DNA of 64,000 bases from an uncultured Thalassotalea sp. (lineage in GTDB: Bacteria; Pseudomonadota; Gammaproteobacteria; Enterobacterales; Alteromonadaceae). A program made the translations under genes and the position numbers. The stretch covers positions 47,010 through 111,009 of the forward strand of contig CAZUHQ010000002.1 in NCBI GenBank assembly GCA_964620605.1. The letters are read 5' to 3'. Shown in pieces: positions 9,601 to 19,860 of the stretch. The notes beneath the pieces were generated by a model. The model was not told where the DNA came from, did no database searches, and saw nothing but the letters and a program-made list of their open reading frames with translations. The number at the start of each line of letters is the position of its first letter. The stretch's first letter is position 1.

Positions 9601-10763
9601 ACGGTAGTTATCAATACACAGGGATGACCTATAGCGAAGTCGGTTTGCTCAATTTGACGATGCGCGAGTGGAACTTTAACAGTGATAAAGCGCAGGGCAG
9701 CAGTCCTATTGGACGTTTTACTCCAGATCATTTTGAGCAAACGGTGACTATCCAAGGCGGCATCGTTGCTAAGCATAATGGGCTTGTCAGTTGTACTATG
9801 AAGAACTGGGTATATAGTGGGCAGCAAACTGACAGTAAAGGTACTATCCGCTATGGGATAGAGCCCAAATTAACCATTACCGCAAAAAATGTTGCCGATG
9901 GCACCACAGAAAATTATATCGGTGACTTTGCCAAGTTAGAAGGAATAAAAGCAACACCTGCTGTTGCGGGAAATGAAATTACTCTTAGCACACCAAATAC
10001 ACTCCATGCGAATAGTTTAGCGGTAGGAGGCGATGTTTCTGTGGATGTAAGCCTTTTAGAAGATTTTATTGAAGGGGCTGCAACATTTACTTTATCTGGC
10101 GATAACCATTTTACCTATACCCGTAACAGCGATAGCAAGGTAGCTCCATTTTTCGCTGATTTTGAAATTCCCATCAGTACCATTAAAGACAGTGATGATG
10201 TTAGCGCCGCAGCTTTTGTGAACCCAAGGTTTTCTCAGGCAAATAGCAATAGTTTAACGGTGAAATTTGGCCGCTTAACTATTGACCATGCCTATGGCCC
10301 GGAAACCTCAGATTTACTTGTTGCCATGTTTACCCAGTATTGGGATGGCAGTGAGTTTGTCACTAATACCGATGATAGCTGTACTATTTCACAGCTGTTG
10401 CCAAATGTGGATGATGCGAAAGTAACAACAGGTAATATTCGAACTGGCGGCTTAACCGAGTGGCAATACCGCTTGTTTGATACTAATGGTATTGATGATG
10501 CGATTGGTACAGCTGATACTAAAGCATCGGTGAGTGGCAGTTTTAGTAGTGGTAAACTCGCTTTACCTACTGGCTTATTTAAGTTTTCTGCGCCAAATAA
10601 GCAGGGAACTCTGGAGTTTGAATATCAGGTGCCAACTTGGCTGCAATATGACTGGACAACTCAAGACGGCAGCTTTGATGAAAACCCAACCGCGACTCTT
10701 AGCTTTGGCTTGTTCCGCGGCAATGACCGTATTATTTATTGGCGTGAAGTGGGGAATAACTAA
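6630..10763 (+). CDS. mshQ: MSHA biogenesis protein MshQ (large tip adhesin-like protein with two LamG/ConA-like domains)
   Basis: Signal peptide; two LamG-like units (WVHFVFV...LDGELEDFRIY; WHHMVLVY...LDEFILYD); MshQ C-terminal PTWLQYDW and FGLFRGNDRIIYWRE; last msh gene before mreB. Probable ATG 6630 (track starts at 6609). Confidence 0.88.
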   Translation: MLFRLVIIFTFSIFSLSTASAADCSAIFPGPTTFAANGSVSINGSNTCDGGSCSPVNSFTTPTIPYASPSGAFTATSISDGVYQHTSWGLPKESTITFSGSGTAVIYISGSAIIPKETNVNVGGNAANVLLIVAGSLTINKESNIHAHIYVGGSISVNKEAEITGSISANGSLVVDKEGSYFYSSGDADQLDGHGFCNNSTSELILHLNFDEGSGQTVADDSGNGRTATLGNSAGVDGQDATFQCEANSGYSMAFERSANQHLTTNAFTPPQDGAVSFWLRVPASPTSRQRIFGFGDGWEARWEADGIIYWDINKTGSNNSVRTASAVTETDTWVHFVFVTSVTNGTWAVYKNGVLENSGSESFSAQSASSLTVGGSTWRLTSEHLDGELEDFRIYSGVLTQSEITALATNPPQACAEVVANYRFDECQYTGASNEVIDQLGNYPANSFNNVNTFESGKIQRAVELTHYSHHLETSIPINGDFSVSTWFKKPTITSGSRYYVLGAMQSGGDLLYLDRNNNWRWGVYNASSGSVNGTFSFSSLDNNWHHMVLVYKNNQTQLYIDDNLVDTVNKAPTGTLKYIGTSYDSVGGNNAQGFRAPLDEFILYDDVLTATQISNLYNNQNAGNNYDGSVRDAVVCPPLIDHYQIIHDGQGLTCEAETVTIKACTSDIGEVCVESSQSIDIELSASGNSHTVTNSKNFTGNGAIAFNYTEAEPVTLSITDASVSAEHGFICNNNNSGDCQMTFDDAGFIFTGINSVEVAGEDNNDVTIQAVKKGTNTQSCVPLFNEGGDKAIEFALETVYPDNFGRDYTIGSSVINLNNNGNVTNYQAVTLSFDSDAKANLPNNIYDDAGNITLHARYTVAATPDNPALTITGNESFYVRPFQFNIYPKRPMDGGENQGQPLIETTADGDVHQKAGQAFDLKIEAVNKDGDITTNYHGYIAELALQRTGPVPGTNGTLKYGGGVGQSMLSSSSADNYIWWSPELISFSNGSYQYTGMTYSEVGLLNLTMREWNFNSDKAQGSSPIGRFTPDHFEQTVTIQGGIVAKHNGLVSCTMKNWVYSGQQTDSKGTIRYGIEPKLTITAKNVADGTTENYIGDFAKLEGIKATPAVAGNEITLSTPNTLHANSLAVGGDVSVDVSLLEDFIEGAATFTLSGDNHFTYTRNSDSKVAPFFADFEIPISTIKDSDDVSAAAFVNPRFSQANSNSLTVKFGRLTIDHAYGPETSDLLVAMFTQYWDGSEFVTNTDDSCTISQLLPNVDDAKVTTGNIRTGGLTEWQYRLFDTNGIDDAIGTADTKASVSGSFSSGKLALPTGLFKFSAPNKQGTLEFEYQVPTWLQYDWTTQDGSFDENPTATLSFGLFRGNDRIIYWREVGNN

Positions 10764-10932
10764 CAAACCTTACCAGAAATGCTTAGCTTTTGCCGCTTTA
10801 TGAAAAAAAATCACAAAAAACTGGTATTTTTTGCAAAAACAGGCATCACATCTTGTAAAGTCTGCGGTATGATTAGCGGCAATTACAAAAATAATTTCAT
10901 TACGCTGTAGCATTGTTGCTGTAGTGGAGTAG

Positions 10933-11993
<1,061 letters not shown>

Positions 11994-11994
<1 letters not shown>

Positions 11995-12118
11995 ATTTTC
12001 GTCATAAATAGCATTTATGCGGCATTGTCTGCGTTGCTCACCATAATCACTTATACATATAAGTTCATATGGTTCGCAACTTGACGGCTTTGCCTAAACA
12101 CTATTTATTTAGAAAATT
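11994..12118. repeat. ERIC-like 125-bp palindromic intergenic element
   Basis: Terminal inverted repeat AATTTTC...GAAAATT. Nested stems GTTGC/GCAAC, ACCATA/TATGGT, CTTA/TAAG. Motifs CGTCATA, CTGCGTT.CTCACC, TCACTTA, TTATTTAG resemble the ERIC consensus as I recall it. Confidence 0.6.
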
Positions 12119-12146
12119 AGTGTTTATTAATTTATTAAAAATATTG

Positions 12147-12312
12147 GCTATGTTCCTTTTAATTGTGGTTGTTAAGCTAATCCATTGATAAATAAGGATG
12201 TTGCTATGGTGATAAAAACAAGCATCACCAGCAGGGATGCTGGTGTTGAGCTTCCATGGATGGATTTGTGCGTCTTGTTTGTTTACCTAGCAACAGTTAT
12301 CGGGAACATAGC
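12147..12312 (+). mobile_element. MITE-like dispersed repeat, full-length copy 1 (~166 bp)
   Basis: Terminal inverted repeat GCTATGTTCC...GGAACATAGC; internal CACCAGCA-GGGA-TGCTGGTG hairpin; homologous copies at 42847, 57377 and 59818. Confidence 0.8.
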
Positions 12313-12348
12313 AAAAATATTAAATAACAAAGAGAACCCATATTCTCG

Positions 12349-13239
12349 ATGAATCCCATATTTAAACACGGATCTTCCCCACAGCACCGGCTAGTTCTGG
12401 TGCTGTTTTGTTCTGCGTTATTGATCTTTTTCGACCATAAAATGAATAGCTTTGAGTTTGTTCGCGGCTATTTGCAATCTATGGTCAGCCCGTTGCAGTA
12501 TTTGGCAACCACGCCAAAAATGGCGCTCGACTGGGCGGTGGAAAACCTGGTAACTCGTCAGCGACTGATTGAAGAAAATCAAAAATATAAAACCAATGAA
12601 CTGGTTTATCATGAGCAGGCGATGCAGCTTGATATCATCAAACAAGAAAATGACAGGTTGCGTTCGTTATTGGCATCACCGCTGCGCACTGAAACTAAAA
12701 AGATGGTCGCGGAAATTTTATCTGTGGATAGCGATCCCTATTCGCATCAGGTGGTGATTAATCGCGGTGCTAATGATGGTGTGTTTGAAGGGCAAGCGGT
12801 GATCGACGATCAAGGCATTGTTGGGCAAATTTTACATGTCGGTACTATTTCCAGCCGGGTACTGTTGATCACCGATGTTAGCCATGCGCTGCCGGTGCGT
12901 ATTAAGCGTAACGGTATAAGATTAATCGCCAACGGTACCGGCAATATTGACCGGCTCAGCCATAACCATGTACCGCATAGTACCGATGTAAGGGTTGGTG
13001 ATTTGTTAGTGACTTCCGGGCTTGGCGGTAAATATCCGGAAGGTTATCCGGTGGCAAAAGTTTCTGCGGTTCGTCAGGATGAATCTCAGCCATTTGCCCA
13101 GGTGCAAAGCGAGCCGGTTGCCAGGATTAACCGCTTGCGTTATTTGTTGTTATTGTGGCCGGAAAAACAACATAGTATTTTCTCTTCCAAAGATGATTTG
13201 GCAAAACAGCCGCATAAAGATGCCAGGGAGGCAAACTGA
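12349..13239 (+). CDS. mreC: Rod shape-determining protein MreC
   Basis: N-terminal TM and coiled coil; GDLLVTSGLGGKYPEGYPVAKV. Confidence 0.97.
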   Translation: MNPIFKHGSSPQHRLVLVLFCSALLIFFDHKMNSFEFVRGYLQSMVSPLQYLATTPKMALDWAVENLVTRQRLIEENQKYKTNELVYHEQAMQLDIIKQENDRLRSLLASPLRTETKKMVAEILSVDSDPYSHQVVINRGANDGVFEGQAVIDDQGIVGQILHVGTISSRVLLITDVSHALPVRIKRNGIRLIANGTGNIDRLSHNHVPHSTDVRVGDLLVTSGLGGKYPEGYPVAKVSAVRQDESQPFAQVQSEPVARINRLRYLLLLWPEKQHSIFSSKDDLAKQPHKDAREAN

Positions 13240-13718
13240 TGTTTGCTAAAAACGGCATAATTATTGTGTTTACCTTATTGATTGCGTTAATGGCGAGCAT
13301 AATGCCGCTGCCGATTGGCGCCGATGTTTTTCGTCCTGATTGGGTGCTGGTGGCGCTATTGTACTGGTGTTTGGCTTTACCTAATCGAGTAAACGTTGTC
13401 ACTGCCTGGGTGATGGGATTTTTACTTGATGTATTATTAGGTTCAGTGCTTGGTGTGCATGCGGCGGCAATGGCGCTTGCTGTTTATATTATTGCCGGTA
13501 ATTATCAGAAAATCAGAAACTTTTCCGTATGGCAGCAGGCATTGATTGTTGGCGTACTTTCTGCGCTTTATCACTTGCTGGTGTTCTGGTTTCAGCGCTT
13601 TTTGCTCGATATTGTTTTTCTGCCTAGTTACTTATATCCAGTGCTGACTTCGATTATTTTATGGCCGTGGGCATTTCTGCTGCTACGTAAAATTCGTCGA
13701 CATTTTAAGATCAGTTAA
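13239..13718 (+). CDS. mreD: Rod shape-determining protein MreD
   Basis: FRPDWVLVALLYWCLALP; hydrophobic; follows mreC. Confidence 0.97.
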   Translation: MFAKNGIIIVFTLLIALMASIMPLPIGADVFRPDWVLVALLYWCLALPNRVNVVTAWVMGFLLDVLLGSVLGVHAAAMALAVYIIAGNYQKIRNFSVWQQALIVGVLSALYHLLVFWFQRFLLDIVFLPSYLYPVLTSIILWPWAFLLLRKIRRHFKIS

Positions 13719-13719
13719 T

Positions 13720-14334
13720 ATGTCCTCTCTTATCCTTGCTTCGCAATCCCCCCGTCGGCGTGAATTACTAACTCAGCTTGGTTACCCGTTTAGTTGCTGT
13801 CCGGCAGATATTGATGAAAGTGAATTGCCAGGGGAAACACCAAGCGCCTATGTTGAGCGTCTGGCGCGGCAAAAAGCCCAGTATATTGCGAATAATCAAT
13901 CAGATACTACAATTGTGTTAGGCTCTGATACTTGTGTGGTTTACCAAAACAAGATTCTAGGTAAGCCGGAAAATCAGCTGCAATGCCTGGAATATTTATC
14001 TTTGCTTTCAGGCAATACTCATCAGGTGCTGACAGCGATAGCCGCTGTTCAGGGACAGTTAATCAAGTCTGAGGTAGTCTTAACCCAAGTGACTTTTAAA
14101 ATCTTAAGTGAACCGGAAATGATCAATTACTGGCACAGTGGTGAGCCGCAGGATAAAGCGGGTGCATATGGTATTCAGGGGCTGGGTGGGCAATTTGTCA
14201 GACAAATTAGCGGTAGTTATAGCGCTGTGGTTGGTCTGCCTTTATATCAAACCGCGCAGCTGTTGGCGGAATTTGGCTTGTTAACCGCGCTTCAATTACC
14301 GGTTAGTAACGACAGGAAATCTAATGAGTGGTGA
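13720..14334 (+). CDS. yhdE: Maf family nucleoside triphosphate pyrophosphatase (YhdE)
   Basis: ILASQSPRRRELL; DKAGAYGIQG; GSYSAVVGLPL. Confidence 0.95.
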   Translation: MSSLILASQSPRRRELLTQLGYPFSCCPADIDESELPGETPSAYVERLARQKAQYIANNQSDTTIVLGSDTCVVYQNKILGKPENQLQCLEYLSLLSGNTHQVLTAIAAVQGQLIKSEVVLTQVTFKILSEPEMINYWHSGEPQDKAGAYGIQGLGGQFVRQISGSYSAVVGLPLYQTAQLLAEFGLLTALQLPVSNDRKSNEW

Positions 14335-15790
14335 ATTACTGATTAATGTTACACCGAGTGAAACTCGGGTTGCGTTAATTGAAAATGGCGTATTGCAGGA
14401 AGTGCATGTTGAACGTGAAGCAAAGCGAGGCCTGGTTGGTAATATTTATCTCGGTAAAGTGATCCGGGTATTACCTGGCATGCAGGCAGCGTTTGTTGAT
14501 ATTAACCTCGATAAGGCGGCATTTTTACATGCCTCAGACATTAACTCGAAACTAATTATCAACGAAGAAGACCATCATAAAGAGCAAGTGCCTGATATTC
14601 GTAGCCTAGTGCATGAAGGTCAGCAGATTGTGGTTCAGGTAGTTAAAGATCCGCTTGGTACTAAAGGGGCGCGTCTCACCACTGATATAACTGTTGCAGC
14701 CCGCTATTTAGTGCTTATGCCTAATGCTAGCCACGCCGGGATCTCCCAACGGATTGAAGATGAAAGTGAGCGTAAACGTTTAAGGGATATCGTGACTCCT
14801 TATTGTTCAGACGAACATGGTTTTATTGTTCGCACCGCGGCAGAAGGTGCGGGGGATGAAGAGCTGCGTCACGACGCCGAATTCTTGCGTCGCGTTTGGG
14901 CAAAAGTGCTGGAGCGCAAAAAACGCAAACAAACGAAAACACCAATTTATCAGGATTTATCACTGGCATTTCGAGTACTAAGGGATTTTGTTGGTATCGA
15001 CCTGGAGCGTATTCGCATTGATTCCAAATTGACCTTTGATCAGCTCGGCGAGTTTACTCAAGAGTTTGTCCCTGAGCTGGCTGAAATGATGGAATATTAT
15101 CCCGGTGAGCGGCCGATCTTTGATTTGTTTGATGTCGAGAGTGAAATTCAGCGGGCGTTGCATCGAAAAATTGAATTAAAATCTGGTGGTTATTTGATCA
15201 TAGATCAAACGGAAGCCATGACCACTATCGATATTAATACCGGGGCATTTGTTGGTCATCGTAATTTAGAAGAAACCATATTTAATACCAATATTGAAGC
15301 AACTCAGGCAATTGCCAGACAGTTAAGATTGCGTAATTTAGGCGGCATTATCATCGTTGATTTTATCGATATGCTCAATGAAGATCACCAGCGCCGGGTG
15401 TTACACAGTCTGGATATGGCGATGGCAAAGGACAAGGTGAAATACAGCATCAGCGGCTTTTCGGCATTAGGTTTAGTGGAGATGACCCGCAAGCGTACTC
15501 GGGAAAGTCTGGAACATATTTTATGTGGCGAATGCTCGGTCTGCCATGGGCGTGGTCATTTAAAAACCGTGGAAACCGTGTGTTTTGAGATTTTACGAGA
15601 AATCGTGCGGGTTAATCGCGCCTATGATGCAGACAAGTTTATCGTTTATGCTTCACCTGCGGTCAGTGAATCGTTAATCGATGATGAGTATCATAACCTG
15701 GCGGAGCTAGAAGTATTTATCGGCAAGCAGATCAAGATCCAAACGGAAACCATGTATAACCAGGAACAATTTGATGTGGTAATGGCGTAA
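14324..15790 (+). CDS. rng: Ribonuclease G
   Basis: ELLINVTPSETRVA; S1 domain; DINTGAFVG; LRNLGGIIIVDFIDM. Confidence 0.98.
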   Translation: MSGELLINVTPSETRVALIENGVLQEVHVEREAKRGLVGNIYLGKVIRVLPGMQAAFVDINLDKAAFLHASDINSKLIINEEDHHKEQVPDIRSLVHEGQQIVVQVVKDPLGTKGARLTTDITVAARYLVLMPNASHAGISQRIEDESERKRLRDIVTPYCSDEHGFIVRTAAEGAGDEELRHDAEFLRRVWAKVLERKKRKQTKTPIYQDLSLAFRVLRDFVGIDLERIRIDSKLTFDQLGEFTQEFVPELAEMMEYYPGERPIFDLFDVESEIQRALHRKIELKSGGYLIIDQTEAMTTIDINTGAFVGHRNLEETIFNTNIEATQAIARQLRLRNLGGIIIVDFIDMLNEDHQRRVLHSLDMAMAKDKVKYSISGFSALGLVEMTRKRTRESLEHILCGECSVCHGRGHLKTVETVCFEILREIVRVNRAYDADKFIVYASPAVSESLIDDEYHNLAELEVFIGKQIKIQTETMYNQEQFDVVMA

Positions 15791-15867
15791 CTGGCCACCG
15801 GATATTGTATAATAAGCAGGGAGCAGCGGATTCGTTTTATTAGGTTAACAAGAGATTTTAATATTAG

Positions 15868-18800
15868 ATGGGCATAGGCATTTCAAAAGCGTCAAATCGC
15901 TGGCTGAACAGGGCATACAAGTGCATCGCTATTTTTTTGGTGAGTTTTGCTGTGCTGATCAGTATGCTGCGTCTGTTATTGCCTTATGCTCATAATTACC
16001 GCATTGATTTACAAGATTATATTAACCAGACCTATGACAGCGACATTATTATCGGCGCGCTTGACATGGGCTGGCAAAGTTCTGGACCGACCCTAGTTGC
16101 TTCCAATGTCAGCCTGTTGCAAACCGACGAAGCGGAAGTCTACGTTCAGGCATTCGATCTAAATATTGATTTTTGGCAGAGCCTACAACATAGGCGGCTG
16201 ATCACTAAAGACTTTTCATTAAATGGTGTAAAAGTTTTACTCGATAATACCATGATGTCGGAATCCTCGGTTTCCAGTGATGACAGTTCGCTGTTAGCCA
16301 ACTTGATGGAAATGTTCTTCTCGCAGATCGGCCGTTTCTCGGTCAATGACAGTCAGCTGATTTATCAAACGAAACAGGGAAAACGCACCCTGTTAATCGA
16401 TTCTTTGCATTGGTATAACCAGGGCGATAATCACAGGGCGCGGGGTAATGTTATTGTCGATGGCATTACTTCCAACAATCTACAGATTAACCTGGATGTG
16501 AAAGGTGAGCATATTGAAAATATGCAGGGTACGCTTTATCTCGAAGCGAATCAGCTAAATATTACCCCCTGGCTCGGCAAAGTGTTGGCAATTTCTAATG
16601 AGAATACCCATTCCAGTATCAATTTTAATGCCTGGCTTGCGATAAATAATGGCGAGCTAGATAAACTGCTGGTGGATTTAGGTCATAATCAGATTGCCTG
16701 GCAGCATCAGCAACAAATCAACACCCTAGACATTACCCAGGGGCGGCTGGTTATCGATAACCTCAATAAGCCGGAACAGATTCAGCTTTATAGCTCCGAG
16801 ATTGAAGTTATTTCCAATAAGCAAGCATGGCAACCTTTAGTTGTTGAGATCAAACGTAATCAACAAAAGGTAAATGCTTTTATTTCAGCCATCGATATTT
16901 CAGGAATGGCGGGGATATTACCGTTACTGGTTAAAGATGATAGCACTCGTGAACTCATTGCCCAGTTAGCGCCGCATGGTCAGCTCAGTAATGTTTATCT
17001 GCAACAAAACGATCAACAGTTTTCGGCAGTCGCTAATATCAATGACGTGACGGCGAATTATAGTCAGGGTATTCCGGGTGTTGCCGGGCTAAACGGCCAA
17101 TTGGTGTATCAACCGGGTAAGTTTCATATAAATATCAATGGCCAGGATGGTGCATTGGATTTTGCCCAGCATTTTAATGCCCCTATTGGTTATCAAGATT
17201 TTGCCGCGGCTGTTGATCTCCTGTACTCAGATAACAGCTGGTATTTAACGGCAAAAGATGTGAATTTTGCTTCCGAGCAGTTGAAACTCAAGGCAGAACT
17301 CGCGGTGATTGCCGAGCCGGATCAAGAGTTGGAATTATCCTTATTGGCAACGGCAACAGACGCTAATGTTATTTATGCGCCGTCTTTTTATCCGAATGAA
17401 TTAATGGGACAGGATCTGGTTAACTATTTAAATCGCTCTCTGGAAAAAGGCCGATTAGCACAGGCGGTAGTGATGGTTAACGGGCCGATTAGCGATTTTC
17501 CGTTTAAGCAAGGCAATGGCAGTTTTATCGTTGATGCAGAATTAACTAACAGTACCTTTAAATTTGATCCAAACTGGCCGGCGGTTGAGCATTTTAGTGC
17601 CAACTTGAATTTTACCGACAACAGCATGTTGATCACCGGCCGTGACGGTACCTTGGCGGGCATAGACGTAAAAGGTGTGCAGGCGGCAATCGAAGATTTA
17701 TCCGATCAGCAAATGCTTACCATCGATGCCAAATTTAATAATACTGCTCCGGGGTTAATTGCTAACTTAATGATGAGTAGCCCGCTTAGCGACAGTGTTG
17801 GCGCGGTATTAGAGCAAGTGGTGGTTTCACAGCCGCTTTCCGGAGATTTTAAGCTTAATTTACCACTAGATAATGTGGATAATGCACTGGCACAAGGCAA
17901 TATTTTCTTTAACGATAATCAAATAGCTTTGCGTTCACCTGAGATGAACTTTGCCAAAGTGAACGGACAACTGGCATTTTCCAACAGTGATATTCACACT
18001 CAAGAGCTCAACTTGCTGTGGCGAGATCTGCCACTGAATGTTGAAGTAAACGCTGCTCAGCAGGAATCGTCTTATCAAACCAATATTCGCTTATCAGCCA
18101 GCTGGCCGGAAAAGCTCTGGCAACAGCAGCTGCCTGAACAGCTACTCGCTTATGGCAAGGGGCAATTGGATTGGCAAGCGAAGCTGGTATTAGACAACAG
18201 TGCCGATGGCCAATTTAGCTATCAGCTGGCACTTGATTCCGAGTTGGAAAAGCTGCAGCTGGACTTGCCTGAACCTTATCATAAGCTTGCCGGTGAAACT
18301 TTAACTGCTGATATCAAGGTTTCTGGGGATAATGACCAGTCAACCATAGATGCAAAAGTCGGCTCACAGCTTAATTTTTATGGTAATTTGAATCACCAGC
18401 AAGTAGCGTTTTCTCAGGCACACCTGGTATTAGGTGATGAGGCGATGTATTTACCTATGAGTGGGTTTCATATCACCACTAACTTGGCTCGTGCGGATTT
18501 TCGCCAGTGGCAGCCGTTGATCACAGATATTATTGATAGTGTTAGTGAACATACCGGCTCAGAAGATAGCGTTGCATTACTGGAGCAACCGCAACGGGTG
18601 CGCGGTAACATAGCACAGCTTGATTTCTGGCAAGAATCACTACATGGCGTATCTTTTACCCTGGAAGATCAAATTAGCTGGTGGCAGCTCGCTTTAACCA
18701 GTAAAGAGGCGCGGGCACAGGTGAAGTTTTATCCGAATTGGTATCAACAAGGGCTGGAGCTAAATGCGGATTTTATTCGTTTGTCGCCGGATAAAGCTTT

Positions 18801-19860
18801 GTTTAATAGCGAAGCTAAAGCAGCACAGCAGACAGACGACGTAGCAGCAGTTGAGCCTGCAAAAGAAATAACTATCGATAATGCCTTTAATCGGAAGTTG
18901 TTTAGCCAGATACCACCAATGCGGGTGCGTTGCCAAGATTGTCGTTATGGGAATTTAGATTTAGGTGAAGTGTCATTTAGTCTGGAACGCAGTGAGCCTG
19001 ATCTATTGCGCCTTTATAATTTCGTCGCCAAGCGCAAAGACAACAAGCTGAGTTTTGATCTTAACTGGCAGCAAAACGAACAGCAGTCACTCACTAATCT
19101 TATCGGTGAGTTTTCTTCCAAAGATATTGAACGTGAACTGGAGCGTATTGGCGTACCATCAACGGTTAAAGATAGTGGTTTGAAGTCTCGCTTTGACCTT
19201 AACTGGCTCGGCGGGCCACATGATTTTGCCTTTGCACATTTAAATGGCGATCTGAGCGGCTCACTGGATGAAGGTTATCTCGCCGAAGTGCCGGATCAGG
19301 CGCGGGCGTTTTCGATTTTAAGTTTGCAATCATTAGTGCGGAAACTAAAGTTTGATTTTCGCGATATCTTTAGTGATGGCATGTTCTACAGCAAAGTCAA
19401 AGGGGATTTTCACCTTAAAGATGGTGTGCTCTATACTAAAAATACTTTCTTAAAAGGCAATGCTGGTGACTTATCGGTCAAAGGCAATACTGACTTAAAC
19501 AGCAATACTTTGGACTATAGAATGTCCTATAAGCCGAATGTCACTTCCAGTTTGCCGGCCATCGCCTGGATTGCGACACTAAACCCGGTGACTTTTTTAG
19601 CCGGTATTGCGATTGATGAGGTGATCACTTCGAAAGTAGTTTCTGAATATAAATTTGAAGTGACCGGCAGTATCAGTGAGCCGAATTTTAGGGAAGTGGA
19701 TCGAAAAACTCAAAATATCAGTGTCGGTAGGGACTCTCCACCACAGATTGTTGAAAACCTTCCACAAGAACAGCAGCCTGAGGTTCAGGAAGTCGTCGAT
19801 CCAGAAACCGGTCTGCTTAAACCGGCACCGCAACTGCCTATGGATAATAATGATGGTTAA
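15868..19860 (+). CDS. yhdP: YhdP AsmA-like phospholipid transport protein
   Basis: 1330 aa with a single N-terminal TM; LKFDFRDIFSDGMFY C-terminal AsmA2 motif; located between rng and the nitrilase/tldD genes. Confidence 0.93.
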   Translation: MGIGISKASNRWLNRAYKCIAIFLVSFAVLISMLRLLLPYAHNYRIDLQDYINQTYDSDIIIGALDMGWQSSGPTLVASNVSLLQTDEAEVYVQAFDLNIDFWQSLQHRRLITKDFSLNGVKVLLDNTMMSESSVSSDDSSLLANLMEMFFSQIGRFSVNDSQLIYQTKQGKRTLLIDSLHWYNQGDNHRARGNVIVDGITSNNLQINLDVKGEHIENMQGTLYLEANQLNITPWLGKVLAISNENTHSSINFNAWLAINNGELDKLLVDLGHNQIAWQHQQQINTLDITQGRLVIDNLNKPEQIQLYSSEIEVISNKQAWQPLVVEIKRNQQKVNAFISAIDISGMAGILPLLVKDDSTRELIAQLAPHGQLSNVYLQQNDQQFSAVANINDVTANYSQGIPGVAGLNGQLVYQPGKFHININGQDGALDFAQHFNAPIGYQDFAAAVDLLYSDNSWYLTAKDVNFASEQLKLKAELAVIAEPDQELELSLLATATDANVIYAPSFYPNELMGQDLVNYLNRSLEKGRLAQAVVMVNGPISDFPFKQGNGSFIVDAELTNSTFKFDPNWPAVEHFSANLNFTDNSMLITGRDGTLAGIDVKGVQAAIEDLSDQQMLTIDAKFNNTAPGLIANLMMSSPLSDSVGAVLEQVVVSQPLSGDFKLNLPLDNVDNALAQGNIFFNDNQIALRSPEMNFAKVNGQLAFSNSDIHTQELNLLWRDLPLNVEVNAAQQESSYQTNIRLSASWPEKLWQQQLPEQLLAYGKGQLDWQAKLVLDNSADGQFSYQLALDSELEKLQLDLPEPYHKLAGETLTADIKVSGDNDQSTIDAKVGSQLNFYGNLNHQQVAFSQAHLVLGDEAMYLPMSGFHITTNLARADFRQWQPLITDIIDSVSEHTGSEDSVALLEQPQRVRGNIAQLDFWQESLHGVSFTLEDQISWWQLALTSKEARAQVKFYPNWYQQGLELNADFIRLSPDKALFNSEAKAAQQTDDVAAVEPAKEITIDNAFNRKLFSQIPPMRVRCQDCRYGNLDLGEVSFSLERSEPDLLRLYNFVAKRKDNKLSFDLNWQQNEQQSLTNLIGEFSSKDIERELERIGVPSTVKDSGLKSRFDLNWLGGPHDFAFAHLNGDLSGSLDEGYLAEVPDQARAFSILSLQSLVRKLKFDFRDIFSDGMFYSKVKGDFHLKDGVLYTKNTFLKGNAGDLSVKGNTDLNSNTLDYRMSYKPNVTSSLPAIAWIATLNPVTFLAGIAIDEVITSKVVSEYKFEVTGSISEPNFREVDRKTQNISVGRDSPPQIVENLPQEQQPEVQEVVDPETGLLKPAPQLPMDNNDG

